Below are positions 30,076 to 38,763 of a stretch of 43,197 nucleotides of DNA, piece by piece. The position numbers and the translations under genes were made by a program. This stretch comes from Candidatus Servula neotermitis. Lineage in GTDB: Bacteria > Actinomycetota > Actinomycetes > Actinomycetales > Bifidobacteriaceae. The stretch covers positions 1 to 43,197 of the forward strand of contig JAITFB010000043.1 of NCBI GenBank assembly GCA_031281695.1. Direction: 5' to 3'. Within the stretch, counting starts at the first letter, position 1. Each line of letters opens with the position of its first letter. The notes below the pieces were generated by a model. The model was not told the origin of the DNA. It did not search any database and was given only the letters and a program-made list of their open reading frames with translations.

Positions 30076-30916
30076 TCCATAAATCCTGGCGATTGTAATC
30101 CGGCCACATTTTTTGGTCAAAATATAACTCAGCGTAAGCAATTTGAAAAAGCAAAAAATTGGAAATTCTCATTTGTCCTCCTGTCCGAATTAGAAGATCA
30201 ACTTCACGCATTTTGGGCTGATATAAAAATTTGCGGAAACTTTTGAGATTGATTTTTCCAAAGTTGTTAATACTATTGAAGTTGCTGGTTGTGTCTCCAA
30301 CGGACTTTGCCTCGCGGTAGTCGTCAATTTCGGCGTCATTCTCATAGCTATCAGGTTCGGTGCGTTGATTTTTGGGATTGACTAAACCAGGTTGAATTCT
30401 TTGAGCTAAAATCAGATTGACTGCATCAATGATTTCATTTTGACCTCCGTAATTAATGCACATGTTGAGAACTAGGCCGCGATTATGCTCCGTTTGTTTT
30501 TCGGCTTTTTTCAATTCAGAGTACACGGATTTCCAAAGTTTAGGTTTGCGTCCACACCATTGAATTTTTACTCCCCATTTGTCGAGTAAAGCAGTTCTTT
30601 GGTGGATAATATCTCGGCTAAAACCCATTAGGAATTTCACTTCCGCTGGATTTCGTTGCCAATTTTCAGTAGAAAAAGTGTATAAACTTAATTCTTTGAT
30701 TTGGGCTTCAATCGCTCCAGCAACGATGTCCATTAGGACCTGTTCCCCGATTTTATGACCTTCGATTCGAGGTAAACCGCGTTGAGTAGCCCATCGCCCA
30801 TTACCATCCATAATGATTGCAATATGATTAGGAATGTTAGAAAAAACTGGGGGATATAAATTGTCGCAATGTAGCTGAATTTCGGAGTTGGGAGAGTTGA
30901 CTTGAAGCTTGGTCAT
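30029..30916 (-). CDS. uppS: Isoprenyl transferase (undecaprenyl-diphosphate synthase family)
   Basis: HIAIIMDGNGRWA, LSLYTFSTENWQR, DLLIRTGGQMRISNFLLFQIAYAELYF. Confidence 0.9.
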   Translation of the reverse strand: MTKLQVNSPNSEIQLHCDNLYPPVFSNIPNHIAIIMDGNGRWATQRGLPRIEGHKIGEQVLMDIVAGAIEAQIKELSLYTFSTENWQRNPAEVKFLMGFSRDIIHQRTALLDKWGVKIQWCGRKPKLWKSVYSELKKAEKQTEHNRGLVLNMCINYGGQNEIIDAVNLILAQRIQPGLVNPKNQRTEPDSYENDAEIDDYREAKSVGDTTSNFNSINNFGKINLKSFRKFLYQPKMREVDLLIRTGGQMRISNFLLFQIAYAELYFDQKMWPDYNRQDLWNAISEFGQHHRTYGK

Positions 30917-30955
30917 AAATCTAGTTTATCTAGGCGAAGTGGATAAACTTATATT

Positions 30956-31399
30956 ATGGCCGTGATTTTTCCTAAAGATCCGCACTTACAAATTTTCGTA
31001 GATGAAATTGACCCTGAATTGTTGATTGAAGCGTTGGCTCATAAAAGCTGGTCTTTTGAAAATGGGGGGCGCAGTTATGACCGTTTGGAATTTATTGGTG
31101 ACTCAATATTAGGGGTGGTAGTAAGTCTGTGGCTTTTTCGAAATTTTCCCGAAGCTGACGAAGGTGGTTTGACTCAAATGCGCCAAAAATATGTTTCGAC
31201 CGAAAATTTAGATCGCATAGGAAAAAAATACCATCTAAAAGATTTTTTATTGGTTGGCGTGGGGATGCAGCATCATCAAGAACAAGTTTCTCCCAAAATG
31301 TTTGCTGATGCTTTAGAGGCCTTAATCGCTGCACATTACCTTTCAACTAGTCGTGATCGCAACGCTGAGTTTGTTATGAGATTGCTGGATTTAGATTAG
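30956..31399 (+). CDS. Ribonuclease III catalytic-domain protein (147 aa, no dsRNA-binding domain)
   Basis: HKSWSFE...YDRLEFIGDSILGVVVSLWLF matches the RNase III signature, and FADALEALIAAHYL matches the second acidic motif. The ORF ends where a dsRBD would start. Confidence 0.7.
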   Translation: MAVIFPKDPHLQIFVDEIDPELLIEALAHKSWSFENGGRSYDRLEFIGDSILGVVVSLWLFRNFPEADEGGLTQMRQKYVSTENLDRIGKKYHLKDFLLVGVGMQHHQEQVSPKMFADALEALIAAHYLSTSRDRNAEFVMRLLDLD

Positions 31400-31971
31400 T
31401 GGTTAGTTATATTGATCAAGCAATAGTTTTACGTAATTATAATTTCTCGGATTATGATCGAATCGTTTGGTTGTACTCTGAAAAACATGGGAAAATTCAC
31501 GCGATTGCTAAGAGTGCGCGGAAAATTGAGTCTCATTTGGCCGCTAAACTGTTGTTGTTCGATCGGGTTCAATTAGAACTGGCAGTTGGAAAAAATTTGG
31601 ATACTATCCGTTCTGCTAGGACTTTGGAAAATTTGAGTCAAAATCTAGTTGGTGATTATTGGAAATTTTCAGCCGCAGCTGCTATATTACAACTGACGAA
31701 TTTATTTAATCCAGATCCCAAAGTACGCGACACGCAACAATTTCAATTATTGATTACGGCCTTACGATACTTTAGTTCAACTATGCCGGGTTCGAAAATT
31801 TTGGACATTTATGCGCGTCACTTATTGAAAGTGCACGGCTTCGGAGTTGACTCTAGTTATGATCTAATTGCTGTTCTTGAAGAAACACTTGAAAGACGTT
31901 TAGATTTCGTTCGGATTGTATTAGAGGGACGAGATTCTTCGCCTAAACTTATTCAAGAAAGGATTTTTTGA
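31399..31971 (+). CDS. recO: DNA repair protein RecO (short, 190 aa)
   Basis: An N-terminal OB-fold pattern: QAIVLRNYNFSDYDRIVWLYSEKHGKIHAIAKSARK. The GTG start abuts the upstream stop. Confidence 0.78.
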   Translation: MVSYIDQAIVLRNYNFSDYDRIVWLYSEKHGKIHAIAKSARKIESHLAAKLLLFDRVQLELAVGKNLDTIRSARTLENLSQNLVGDYWKFSAAAAILQLTNLFNPDPKVRDTQQFQLLITALRYFSSTMPGSKILDIYARHLLKVHGFGVDSSYDLIAVLEETLERRLDFVRIVLEGRDSSPKLIQERIF

Positions 31972-32606
31972 ATTTTCGCGTAATTGAACATCCGTTGGTG
32001 GCGCATAAATTGACTTTATTGCGAGATCAGCTTACGCCCACGGTTTTGTTTCGAGATTTAGTGGAGGAGTTGGTGATGTTGTTGGCTTATGAGTCAACGA
32101 AGGACATTGAAGTGGTTCCTAAAAAAATTCAAACTCCCATTTGCGAGACTGAAGGGGTGTCATTGGGAGAGCCCCAACCTGTAGTGGTTCCGATTATTCG
32201 AGCAGGGCTGGGCATGTTGAGCGGGATGCTCAAGTTATTGCCTTCGGCCGAAGTTGGGTTTTTGGGTATGAAACGCGACGAGCAGACTTTGGACAATGTA
32301 ACTTACGCTAATCGTTTACCTAAGTCTTTAGAAGGCCGCCGTTGTTTTATTTTAGATCCTATGTTAGCGACTGGCGGAACCATTGCTGCTGCCGCACGCT
32401 ATTTGACTGACAAAGGAGCCAAAAATATTACGTCTATAGCTTTGTTATCGGCTCCCGAAGGTGTGGAGTTTTTAAGAAAGAGCATTTCATCAAAGATCAA
32501 TTTGACAGTGATTTCAGCTTCGTTAGACGATCGTCTCAATGAGCTTGGTTATATTGTTCCTGGATTAGGAGATGCTGGCGATCGACTCTATGGCTCAGTT
32601 GACTAG
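31968..32606 (+). CDS. upp: Uracil phosphoribosyltransferase
   Basis: HPLVAHKLTLLRD, ILDPMLATGGT and YIVPGLGDAGDRLYG. Confidence 0.95.
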   Translation: MNFRVIEHPLVAHKLTLLRDQLTPTVLFRDLVEELVMLLAYESTKDIEVVPKKIQTPICETEGVSLGEPQPVVVPIIRAGLGMLSGMLKLLPSAEVGFLGMKRDEQTLDNVTYANRLPKSLEGRRCFILDPMLATGGTIAAAARYLTDKGAKNITSIALLSAPEGVEFLRKSISSKINLTVISASLDDRLNELGYIVPGLGDAGDRLYGSVD

Positions 32607-32717
32607 TCGTTGACGCATTGAAGTTGACCTAGGGATTTGATAATCAATGTCGAAATATTTATCTTGCACACGAAACAAGGTTTCAGAAATCATTTTTTTA
32701 GTTAAGATATTAATTCT

Positions 32718-32745
32718 TTGACAATTAAATCATTTTCTAATTAAT
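32718..32745 (+). promoter_or_regulatory. Candidate sigma70-type promoter for dnaX
   Basis: TTGACA (32718-32723), a 16-nt spacer, then ATTAAT (32740-32745), within a 204-bp AT-rich spacer. Sequence match only. Confidence 0.25.
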
Positions 32746-32810
32746 CAGAACGATGGTAAATTTCTAATAATGAGAGTTTGTCCCCGAGTTGGGCAAGCTA
32801 AGCTGATTTA

Positions 32811-34574
32811 ATGAAGCAAGCTCTGTACCGCAAATATCGTCCCGATCGCTTCGAAGATCTAATCGGCCAACCTCAAAGTGTAATCCCTTTACAAAGGGCG
32901 TTGAAATCTGGAAGAATTGCTCACGCTTATTTGTTTTCAGGTCCAAGGGGTTGCGGTAAAACGACAGCTGCTCGTATTTTCGCTCGTTGTTTAAATTGTT
33001 CTTTGACCGATCAACCAGTTCCAACACCTTGCGGAAAATGCCCGTCTTGCGTAGACTTAGCAAGAGGAGGAACTGGATCGTTAGACGTGATTGAAATTGA
33101 TGCTGCTAGTCACCGTGGGGTTGATGACGCGCGTGATTTGAGAGATCGTTTGAATTTTACGCCGGCTAGAGATCGTTTTAAAATTATCATCTTAGATGAG
33201 GCGCATATGATAACGCAGGCAGCGTTCAATTCATTACTCAAAGTGATTGAAGAGCCCCCTTCATACGTTAAGTTTATTTTCGCAACGACTGAACCGGAAA
33301 AAGTGATTGAAACGATTCGATCTCGTACTTATCAGTATTTATATAAATTGGTTGAACCTCAAGTTCTAATGCCCTATTTGGAAACAATTTGTAAGCAGGA
33401 AAAAGTCCAGGTTGAGTCGGGCGTGCTAAATCTTGTGATTAGAGCTGGCGCCGGAAGTGTTAGAGATTCGTTATCAGTTTTGGATAAAATATTAGCCGCT
33501 TCGGAAAATCAACAGTTAGAATTGGATTTAGTTCAAAATATTTTAGGTTATTTGCCTACTGATCAAATCCAAATGCTAGCGCAAAAAATATTGACGGGTG
33601 ATCTAGCGTCGGTGCTTAATTCAATAGAACAAATAACTCAAGCGACGACCGATCCTATCTTGATGTTAAAAGATTTGTTGAGTTATTTTCGAGATTTGGC
33701 GCTCACTAACGCAGATGCTAACGCAGTAAAATTATTATCATATTCAGATTCTGAAAGTGCTGTTTTGAATGATTTAGCTCACAGTTATTCGTTGATGACT
33801 ATTTTGGAGACCGCAGATTCGTTGAATCAAGCTCTGGTCAATAAGTCCGCTTTAAGTACCAAACTCAACTTAGAAATTATTTTGGCTAATGCGACCATGG
33901 CTAATTCAAACATTTCGGGGCCTTCAGCTCCGCCGTTATCATTTCGACTGCCTGCTTCAGTAACGCATCCGGTTTCTGAGGCGCCGACAACGCCGACCAA
34001 TCCATCCGTTCCCTCACCCCCCACAGCGACTACTAACCCATCTGTTCCCTCACCACCGACAACGACGACCAATCCATCCGTTCCCTCGTCGCCGGATCAA
34101 ACGAAATCTACTATTTTAGATAGGATTCAATCAATTTGGGATCAAGAAATTCTTCGTCGGGTGGCGGATAAATCTCAAACAGCTTATGATTTAATTTTCG
34201 AACACGGGCAATTGACTGACGCTTCGAAAAATACCTTAGAGATTACTTTTGCTGATACTGAGGCCGTTACAGTTTTTAATGCAATGGAATTATATCGGGT
34301 GGTTGAAACAGTGTTCTATGAACTTTGGAAAGTACAATTGAGCGTGACTGCAATTGGACCGGAACTTGAGACGGAGGATTCTGGAGGTACGCAGCCTATT
34401 CAATCTTCCGTTCAAACTGCGCCGAGTACGCCAGTTTTGAATAGTGCGAGTACAAATCAAAGTGCGCCAACGCAAAGTCATTCGGTTTTGAATGTGGATA
34501 GTCAAGCAGACTCGACTAAAGATTCCGCAGTTGAATTGGTTGTAAAAATGTTCGATGGGAGAGTGATCGAATAA
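32811..34574 (+). CDS. dnaX: DNA polymerase III subunit gamma/tau
   Basis: ALYRKYRPDRFEDLIGQ, AYLFSGPRGCGKTT, the zinc module CGKCPSC and IIILDEAHM. Confidence 0.92.
   Translation: MKQALYRKYRPDRFEDLIGQPQSVIPLQRALKSGRIAHAYLFSGPRGCGKTTAARIFARCLNCSLTDQPVPTPCGKCPSCVDLARGGTGSLDVIEIDAASHRGVDDARDLRDRLNFTPARDRFKIIILDEAHMITQAAFNSLLKVIEEPPSYVKFIFATTEPEKVIETIRSRTYQYLYKLVEPQVLMPYLETICKQEKVQVESGVLNLVIRAGAGSVRDSLSVLDKILAASENQQLELDLVQNILGYLPTDQIQMLAQKILTGDLASVLNSIEQITQATTDPILMLKDLLSYFRDLALTNADANAVKLLSYSDSESAVLNDLAHSYSLMTILETADSLNQALVNKSALSTKLNLEIILANATMANSNISGPSAPPLSFRLPASVTHPVSEAPTTPTNPSVPSPPTATTNPSVPSPPTTTTNPSVPSSPDQTKSTILDRIQSIWDQEILRRVADKSQTAYDLIFEHGQLTDASKNTLEITFADTEAVTVFNAMELYRVVETVFYELWKVQLSVTAIGPELETEDSGGTQPIQSSVQTAPSTPVLNSASTNQSAPTQSHSVLNVDSQADSTKDSAVELVVKMFDGRVIE
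33987..34094 (+). repeat. 3 x 36-nt in-frame tandem repeat in the dnaX linker
   Basis: Encodes TTPTNPSVPSPP / TATTNPSVPSPP / TTTTNPSVPSSP. The repeat starts in frame, since 33987-32811 is divisible by 3. Confidence 0.9.
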
Positions 34575-35164
34575 TGAACTACGAGGATTTAATTCAAAAA
34601 TTGATTGATCAATTGACTGAACTACCTTCTATAGGGCCGAAATCGGCGGAACGTTTAGCATTTTATATTTTGAGCCAACCGGAATCATTGGCTGATGATT
34701 TGAGTTCCACTATTCATGATGCCCGTTCAAAAGTAATTCGTTGCGAAATTTGTATGAATTATACAGTCAATAGAATATGTCAAATTTGCGCGAATCCCAA
34801 TCGAAATGATCGGCAAATTTTGCTGGTGGCTTCGCCGCCTGATCTTGCAGCTATTGAACGAGCCGCAACTTATAAAGGTAAGTATCATGTTTTAGGTGGG
34901 TTGCTGGATCCTTTGAGTGATATTACTCCAGCGAAACTGAACATTGCTCAGCTGGAGTCAAGAATTCATAATCCTCAAGTACAAGAACTGATTTTAGCTT
35001 TGAACACTAATGTTGAAGGCGAGGCCACCGCGTACTATTTGACCGAGCGCCTAAGCCGCGATAACTTGGTAATCTCAAGATTAGGCTTAGGCATTCCCGT
35101 AGGGGCTGATATTGAATATGCTGACGAGAAAACAATTGCGCAGGCTTTAATTTCCCGAAACTAG
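34574..35164 (+). CDS. recR: Recombination protein RecR
   Basis: LPSIGPKSAERLAF (HhH), a C4 zinc finger (CEIC...CQIC) and a Toprim region. The ATG overlaps the dnaX stop. Confidence 0.95.
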   Translation: MNYEDLIQKLIDQLTELPSIGPKSAERLAFYILSQPESLADDLSSTIHDARSKVIRCEICMNYTVNRICQICANPNRNDRQILLVASPPDLAAIERAATYKGKYHVLGGLLDPLSDITPAKLNIAQLESRIHNPQVQELILALNTNVEGEATAYYLTERLSRDNLVISRLGLGIPVGADIEYADEKTIAQALISRN

Positions 35165-35604
35165 GAATCGGTGTCAAAGCTGATTGTCACCGGTCCGTCT
35201 GCAATAAAATCAATGATCATGTGAGCTCCGAAAACTCCAGTTTCAACTTCAATGCCTAAGTCGCGGAGAGTTTGATTGAAATGGTCATAAAGACGATGGG
35301 CTTGTTTAGGAGGAGCGGCATTGAGGAAAGAAGGTCGATTGCCTTTTCTAGTGTCGGCGAAAAGAGTAAATTGACTGATAGACAAAATTGAACCCTTGAT
35401 ATTTTTGAGCGATAAATTCATTTTGCCATCGCTGTCTTCTAATATTCGCAAGTTGACGATTTTATTGGCTAAAAAGTCGGCTTCTTTTTCAGTGTCATTT
35501 GGTCCTACTCCTAAAAGAACAACGTAACCGATCGCAATTTGACCGACAATTTTTTGGTCAACACTGACTTTAGCTTGCGAAACTCTCTGTATAAGTGCTT
35601 TCAT
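35161..35604 (-). CDS. dtd: D-aminoacyl-tRNA deacylase
   Basis: MKALIQRVSQAKVSVD, VLLGV, SQFTLFADTRKGNRPSF. Confidence 0.95.
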   Translation of the reverse strand: MKALIQRVSQAKVSVDQKIVGQIAIGYVVLLGVGPNDTEKEADFLANKIVNLRILEDSDGKMNLSLKNIKGSILSISQFTLFADTRKGNRPSFLNAAPPKQAHRLYDHFNQTLRDLGIEVETGVFGAHMIIDFIADGPVTISFDTDS

Positions 35605-35751
35605 ACCTCTAGTTTAGCGTTCATAAATACGCTAATTGATTCGGAGACGATTCCGAACGATTGAACGTGGGGTTATTTGTCAGTATGACGAATTTTGGAT
35701 TTAGAAGTTGGACGATCTATAACTCTTGATTGCCGCGCAATAGTTCAGCAG

Positions 35752-35822
35752 CTGGGGTATCAGGATTCGAACCTAAATTAGATGATCCAGAGTCATCCGT
35801 GTTGCCATTACACTATACCCCA
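35752..35822 (-). tRNA. tRNA-Gln (anticodon CUG)
   Basis: The reverse complement is tggggtat-a-gtgt-aatggca-acac-g-gatga-ctCTGga-tcatc-taat-ttagg-ttcgaat-cctga-tacccca-g. It has the U1:A72 pair and G73 typical of bacterial tRNA-Gln. No CCA is encoded. Confidence 0.88.
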
Positions 35823-36037
35823 AAATATTGACTTTTTTAGTTTATGCGTCTATCGAGTGTTATGCAATTATTTTTGCGGCGGAGTCCAGTGCGTGAATAT
35901 TATACCACAAATTTTCAAATTTTGAAAAATATTTTTTGGTTGTGAATTTCTTGGTTCAAAGTTAACCCAAATTTTAGAACTTATGCACATTTAAAAATAT
36001 TAAACCAGCATAAGCAATTTGGGCGGAAACTGTAAAC

Positions 36038-37402
36038 ATGCTGGATAATTCATTGGTCGTAAATTTCAATACGCTTAAACGAACGAGTATGCAATTGTCG
36101 CGGGTTCAAAATATTGCCGATGAGATTGCTAAGCAACTGCAACTTCTGACCTTGAATTCGGAAGTCTGGGAATCAATGACTGATGCGATATTTTCAGCTT
36201 TACAAATTCTTTCAACTAGTCCGATCTTGGCTGTAAAATTTTTAGCCAGCGCCGCCAAGCTCAAAGCTTTGACTTTAGTTATGGATTCAGTTTCGAAAAT
36301 TGCTCAGACTGCCGAATCAGCTTTGGCCAGCCAAGCGCAGTTGGAAACAGACTCTGACAGCAATCAACTGAAATCCAGTTATCAACAATTACAACAATCT
36401 TTTGAAAGTTTTACACTTTCTCGAGCCTTGGTTTATCGAGATGAAGTGACTCAATTGAGTTTAGAGTTACCGCCGGTGTTCAATCAAATCGGACAATATG
36501 GTGGAAATCAAAGCGGTCCAAAACGCTTGGCCCAAAAAGTGTCCGCTCTCGAATCCGCCATCGGCGCTGATAATGTTGGTAGTAGCAACGTAGCAGCCGA
36601 TTTTTCCAGCAGTCGCAGTACCAGCGGTGAGACTGACAGTGGTCTAGCTGACGGTACTCGAGGCAGCAGTGGTGGTGCTGGTGGTACTGTTATAAATAGT
36701 TTGTCTCGATACGAGCGAATTCAATGGGACTCAATCAAAACTATTGTGAAAAAATATCACCCAGATTTTACCAATGCTGAAATTGTTTCGTTCTTAGAGA
36801 AATTGTCCAGTGAAGGTTGCGGTTATGTCGCAATCGCTAACAGTATTTTTTCGGCATTCCGAAATAATCCAGTTAGTTTCGAACAGACTTTTGGGTTCGA
36901 AATGTGGACTGAAAACGAGTCGGACATCACGGTTTTCAATTTTGATTTGTTGTTAGTGGATTTATATAGTGCGACGGATAATCATCGACCAACCTTAGGG
37001 AAGTTCTTCCAAATTGAGGATACTGTGGACGACACTTGGGATAATATTGCGGAATTCTTCGCTGGGAGCGGTTCCGGTTTAATGCCGCCAGCTGTGGAAT
37101 ATCAGTTAGGTCTATATGCTGAACAAAATGGTTTAAAATCCGAAGTCAAGACTTTATGGGGGGTTGCGACCAGCGCAACTAATTATTTAAAGTATAAAGA
37201 TCAAGGCGAAGTTGCTATCTGTGTCTCTAACGCGATGCTGATGCAGAACGGGAAAGTGGTCGACCAATGTGGGCCGCATTATATGACGGTCACTGGCGTC
37301 GAAGGCGACAAATTGGTCGTATCATCTTGGGGTAAAAAATATGTATTGGATATGTCATATACGGCGTTTTCAGTGTTTCAGATTTTGTCGGTCAGGAGTT
37401 AG
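36038..37402 (+). CDS. Hypothetical protein: helical WXG/LXG-like N-terminal region, Gly/Ser linker, C-terminal Cys-His papain-like domain (candidate secreted effector/toxin)
   Basis: A 454-aa ORF with no signal peptide or TM segment. It contains ...NSEVWESMTDAIFSAL..., the linker GGNQSGP...SSRSTSGETDSGLADGTRGSSGGAGG, SSEGC(261)GYVAIANSIF and CGPH(414)YMTVTGVEGDKLVVSSWG. The SD is weak, and the internal ATG at 36089 is an alternative start. Confidence 0.65.
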   Translation: MLDNSLVVNFNTLKRTSMQLSRVQNIADEIAKQLQLLTLNSEVWESMTDAIFSALQILSTSPILAVKFLASAAKLKALTLVMDSVSKIAQTAESALASQAQLETDSDSNQLKSSYQQLQQSFESFTLSRALVYRDEVTQLSLELPPVFNQIGQYGGNQSGPKRLAQKVSALESAIGADNVGSSNVAADFSSSRSTSGETDSGLADGTRGSSGGAGGTVINSLSRYERIQWDSIKTIVKKYHPDFTNAEIVSFLEKLSSEGCGYVAIANSIFSAFRNNPVSFEQTFGFEMWTENESDITVFNFDLLLVDLYSATDNHRPTLGKFFQIEDTVDDTWDNIAEFFAGSGSGLMPPAVEYQLGLYAEQNGLKSEVKTLWGVATSATNYLKYKDQGEVAICVSNAMLMQNGKVVDQCGPHYMTVTGVEGDKLVVSSWGKKYVLDMSYTAFSVFQILSVRS

Positions 37403-37545
37403 GATTCAGTAGTCAGACACAAAATTTTAGTGCCAGAAGGCTAGCTATTTAGGTTTAGATTGATTTACAACAAAGATTTTTTCTGCCATCTGTCATCTGC
37501 CCCCTGTTTACTACCAGCTAAACTAATTAGGTAGTAAGGATTATT

Positions 37546-38763
37546 ATGTCAGAAACAATTTACCAGCCCAAATTACGTACTTTGTTTTTTGCTGGAGGAT
37601 GTTTTTGGGGCCTGGAGAAATTTTTCCAAAATATGCCTTGGGTGGAAGAGACTCGAGTGGGATACGCTAACGGTCAAACGGTCACAGCTTCGGGCGACCC
37701 AGCAGATGTGAATTATCGGACCATATCCGAATTGGAATTTGCCGAAACTGTGGAAGTCACTTGGAACGCTGACGCTTTATCTATTCGAACATTGCTAGAA
37801 CGGTTCTTTTCCGTTATTGATCCAACCAGCTTGAATCGACAAGGTCACGACCAGGGAACTCAATATCGCACGGGAGTATATTACCGATTATCTCCTTCCA
37901 CCACTTCCACCACTTCCACCACTGCCACCACCACCACCACCACTGCTGCTGAAACTGCTGACACCACTTCCACCACTGCCACCACCACTTCCACTGCCAG
38001 CACCACTGCTACCACCGCTGAGAACTCTGAAGTAGAGGGTAACCAAGGTGCTCAAACTTTAAACTATGATGATGACAGTATTAGCGTGTCTGATTTAGAA
38101 GTTGTTCTACAGATGTTTGCTGAAGTAGAACAACAATTAGAGTCTGCTGGAAAAACTTTACAGGTGGAATTGCAGCCGTTGCAAAATTTCTTTGTCGCTG
38201 AGGATTACCACCAAGACTATTTGGACAAGAATCCTCAAGGTTATTGTCATATACCGTTATCAGTCTTGCAACAAAAATGGCCGTTGATTGATCAAAATCT
38301 GTATCCTTATCCTGGAGCTGAAGCGATTCGAGAACGAGTGGAGAATGGGGAACTAACTAAACAGCAGTTTGAAATTACACAAAACGCTGACACCGAAGCT
38401 CCGTTTACTGGCGAATATGACCATATGCATGATGCTGGAATATATGTGGACATTATTACTGGCGAGCCATTATTTGTGAGTTCAGACAAATTCGACTCAG
38501 GTTGCGGTTGGCCTAGTTTTAGCAAGCCTATTGATCCTGACGTTTTGGTCGAATTACCTGATGACACTATTCCTAATCGACATCGAACTGAAATCCGTTC
38601 AGCCGGAGGAAACTCCCATCTGGGTCACGTATTCACTGACGGTCCTCCAGAATTAACTGGCCTACGCTACTGCATTAACTCGGCCAGCTTGCGTTTCATT
38701 CCCCAAAAAGATTTGATTAGCGAGGGATATGGGTATCTGAAAGCAACCAATTTGCAGCATTAA
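37546..38763 (+). CDS. msrAB: Bifunctional peptide-methionine (S)/(R)-S-oxide reductase MsrA-MsrB fusion
   Basis: MsrA motifs: [37 protein letters not shown]. MsrB motifs: [36 protein letters not shown]. Confidence 0.9.
   Translation: MSETIYQPKLRTLFFAGGCFWGLEKFFQNMPWVEETRVGYANGQTVTASGDPADVNYRTISELEFAETVEVTWNADALSIRTLLERFFSVIDPTSLNRQGHDQGTQYRTGVYYRLSPSTTSTTSTTATTTTTTAAETADTTSTTATTTSTASTTATTAENSEVEGNQGAQTLNYDDDSISVSDLEVVLQMFAEVEQQLESAGKTLQVELQPLQNFFVAEDYHQDYLDKNPQGYCHIPLSVLQQKWPLIDQNLYPYPGAEAIRERVENGELTKQQFEITQNADTEAPFTGEYDHMHDAGIYVDIITGEPLFVSSDKFDSGCGWPSFSKPIDPDVLVELPDDTIPNRHRTEIRSAGGNSHLGHVFTDGPPELTGLRYCINSASLRFIPQKDLISEGYGYLKATNLQH
37897..38019 (+). repeat. In-frame ACC/ACT/TCC/GCC trinucleotide-rich tract (Thr/Ser/Ala low-complexity insert) inside the MsrA domain
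   Basis: tccaccacttccaccacttccaccactgccaccaccaccaccaccactgctgct... encodes [41 protein letters not shown]. Confidence 0.9.

Noticed and set aside
30076-30141. The longest cca ORF, starting at 30141 and overlapping uppS by 113 nt.
   Set aside because: The extra residues (MLTLSYILTKKCGRITIARIYG) have no counterpart in CCA enzymes. The internal ATG at 30075 has an AGGA SD at proper spacing. The start remains uncertain.
32607-32810. An SRP RNA (ffs), which often lies just upstream of dnaX.
   Set aside because: The 204-bp spacer is AT-rich and lacks the conserved SRP domain IV motifs and any extended helix. It looks like promoter or leader DNA only.
32764-33063. A 99-aa minus-strand ORF overlapping the dnaX start, and similar alternative-frame ORFs inside the GPH transporter (41701-41952, 42468-42800 and others).
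   Set aside because: They overlap confidently identified genes (the DnaX P-loop region and the GPH signature). Their translations have no recognisable motifs.
33582-33590. An A-run (caaaaaata) in dnaX as a programmed -1 frameshift or transcriptional slippage site for a gamma product.
   Set aside because: In the zero frame it reads GCG CAA AAA ATA, which does not form an X XXY YYZ heptamer. No downstream stem-loop or upstream SD-like stimulator is evident.
35912-35928. A 17-nt perfect palindrome, ttttcaaatttttgaaaa-like (ttttcaaa t tttgaaaa), upstream of the toxin-like gene, considered as an operator.
   Set aside because: It is made only of A/T-rich sequence in an AT-rich spacer, so chance occurrence is plausible. 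No second copy was seen in the window.
35605-37545. A tRNA-Gln-associated integrated island carrying the toxin-like gene.
   Set aside because: The gene lies on the 5' (promoter) side of the tRNA, not the 3' side used by integrases. I found no direct repeat of the tRNA 3' end and no integrase. GC content outside the Gly/Ser linker matches the neighbouring genes.
6497-38019. Tandem repeats (giant-gene linker, dus, dnaX, msrAB) considered as CRISPR or other non-coding arrays.
   Set aside because: All are in frame within long CDSs. They lack unique spacers of regular length, and they encode Pro/Thr/Ser or helical low-complexity peptides.
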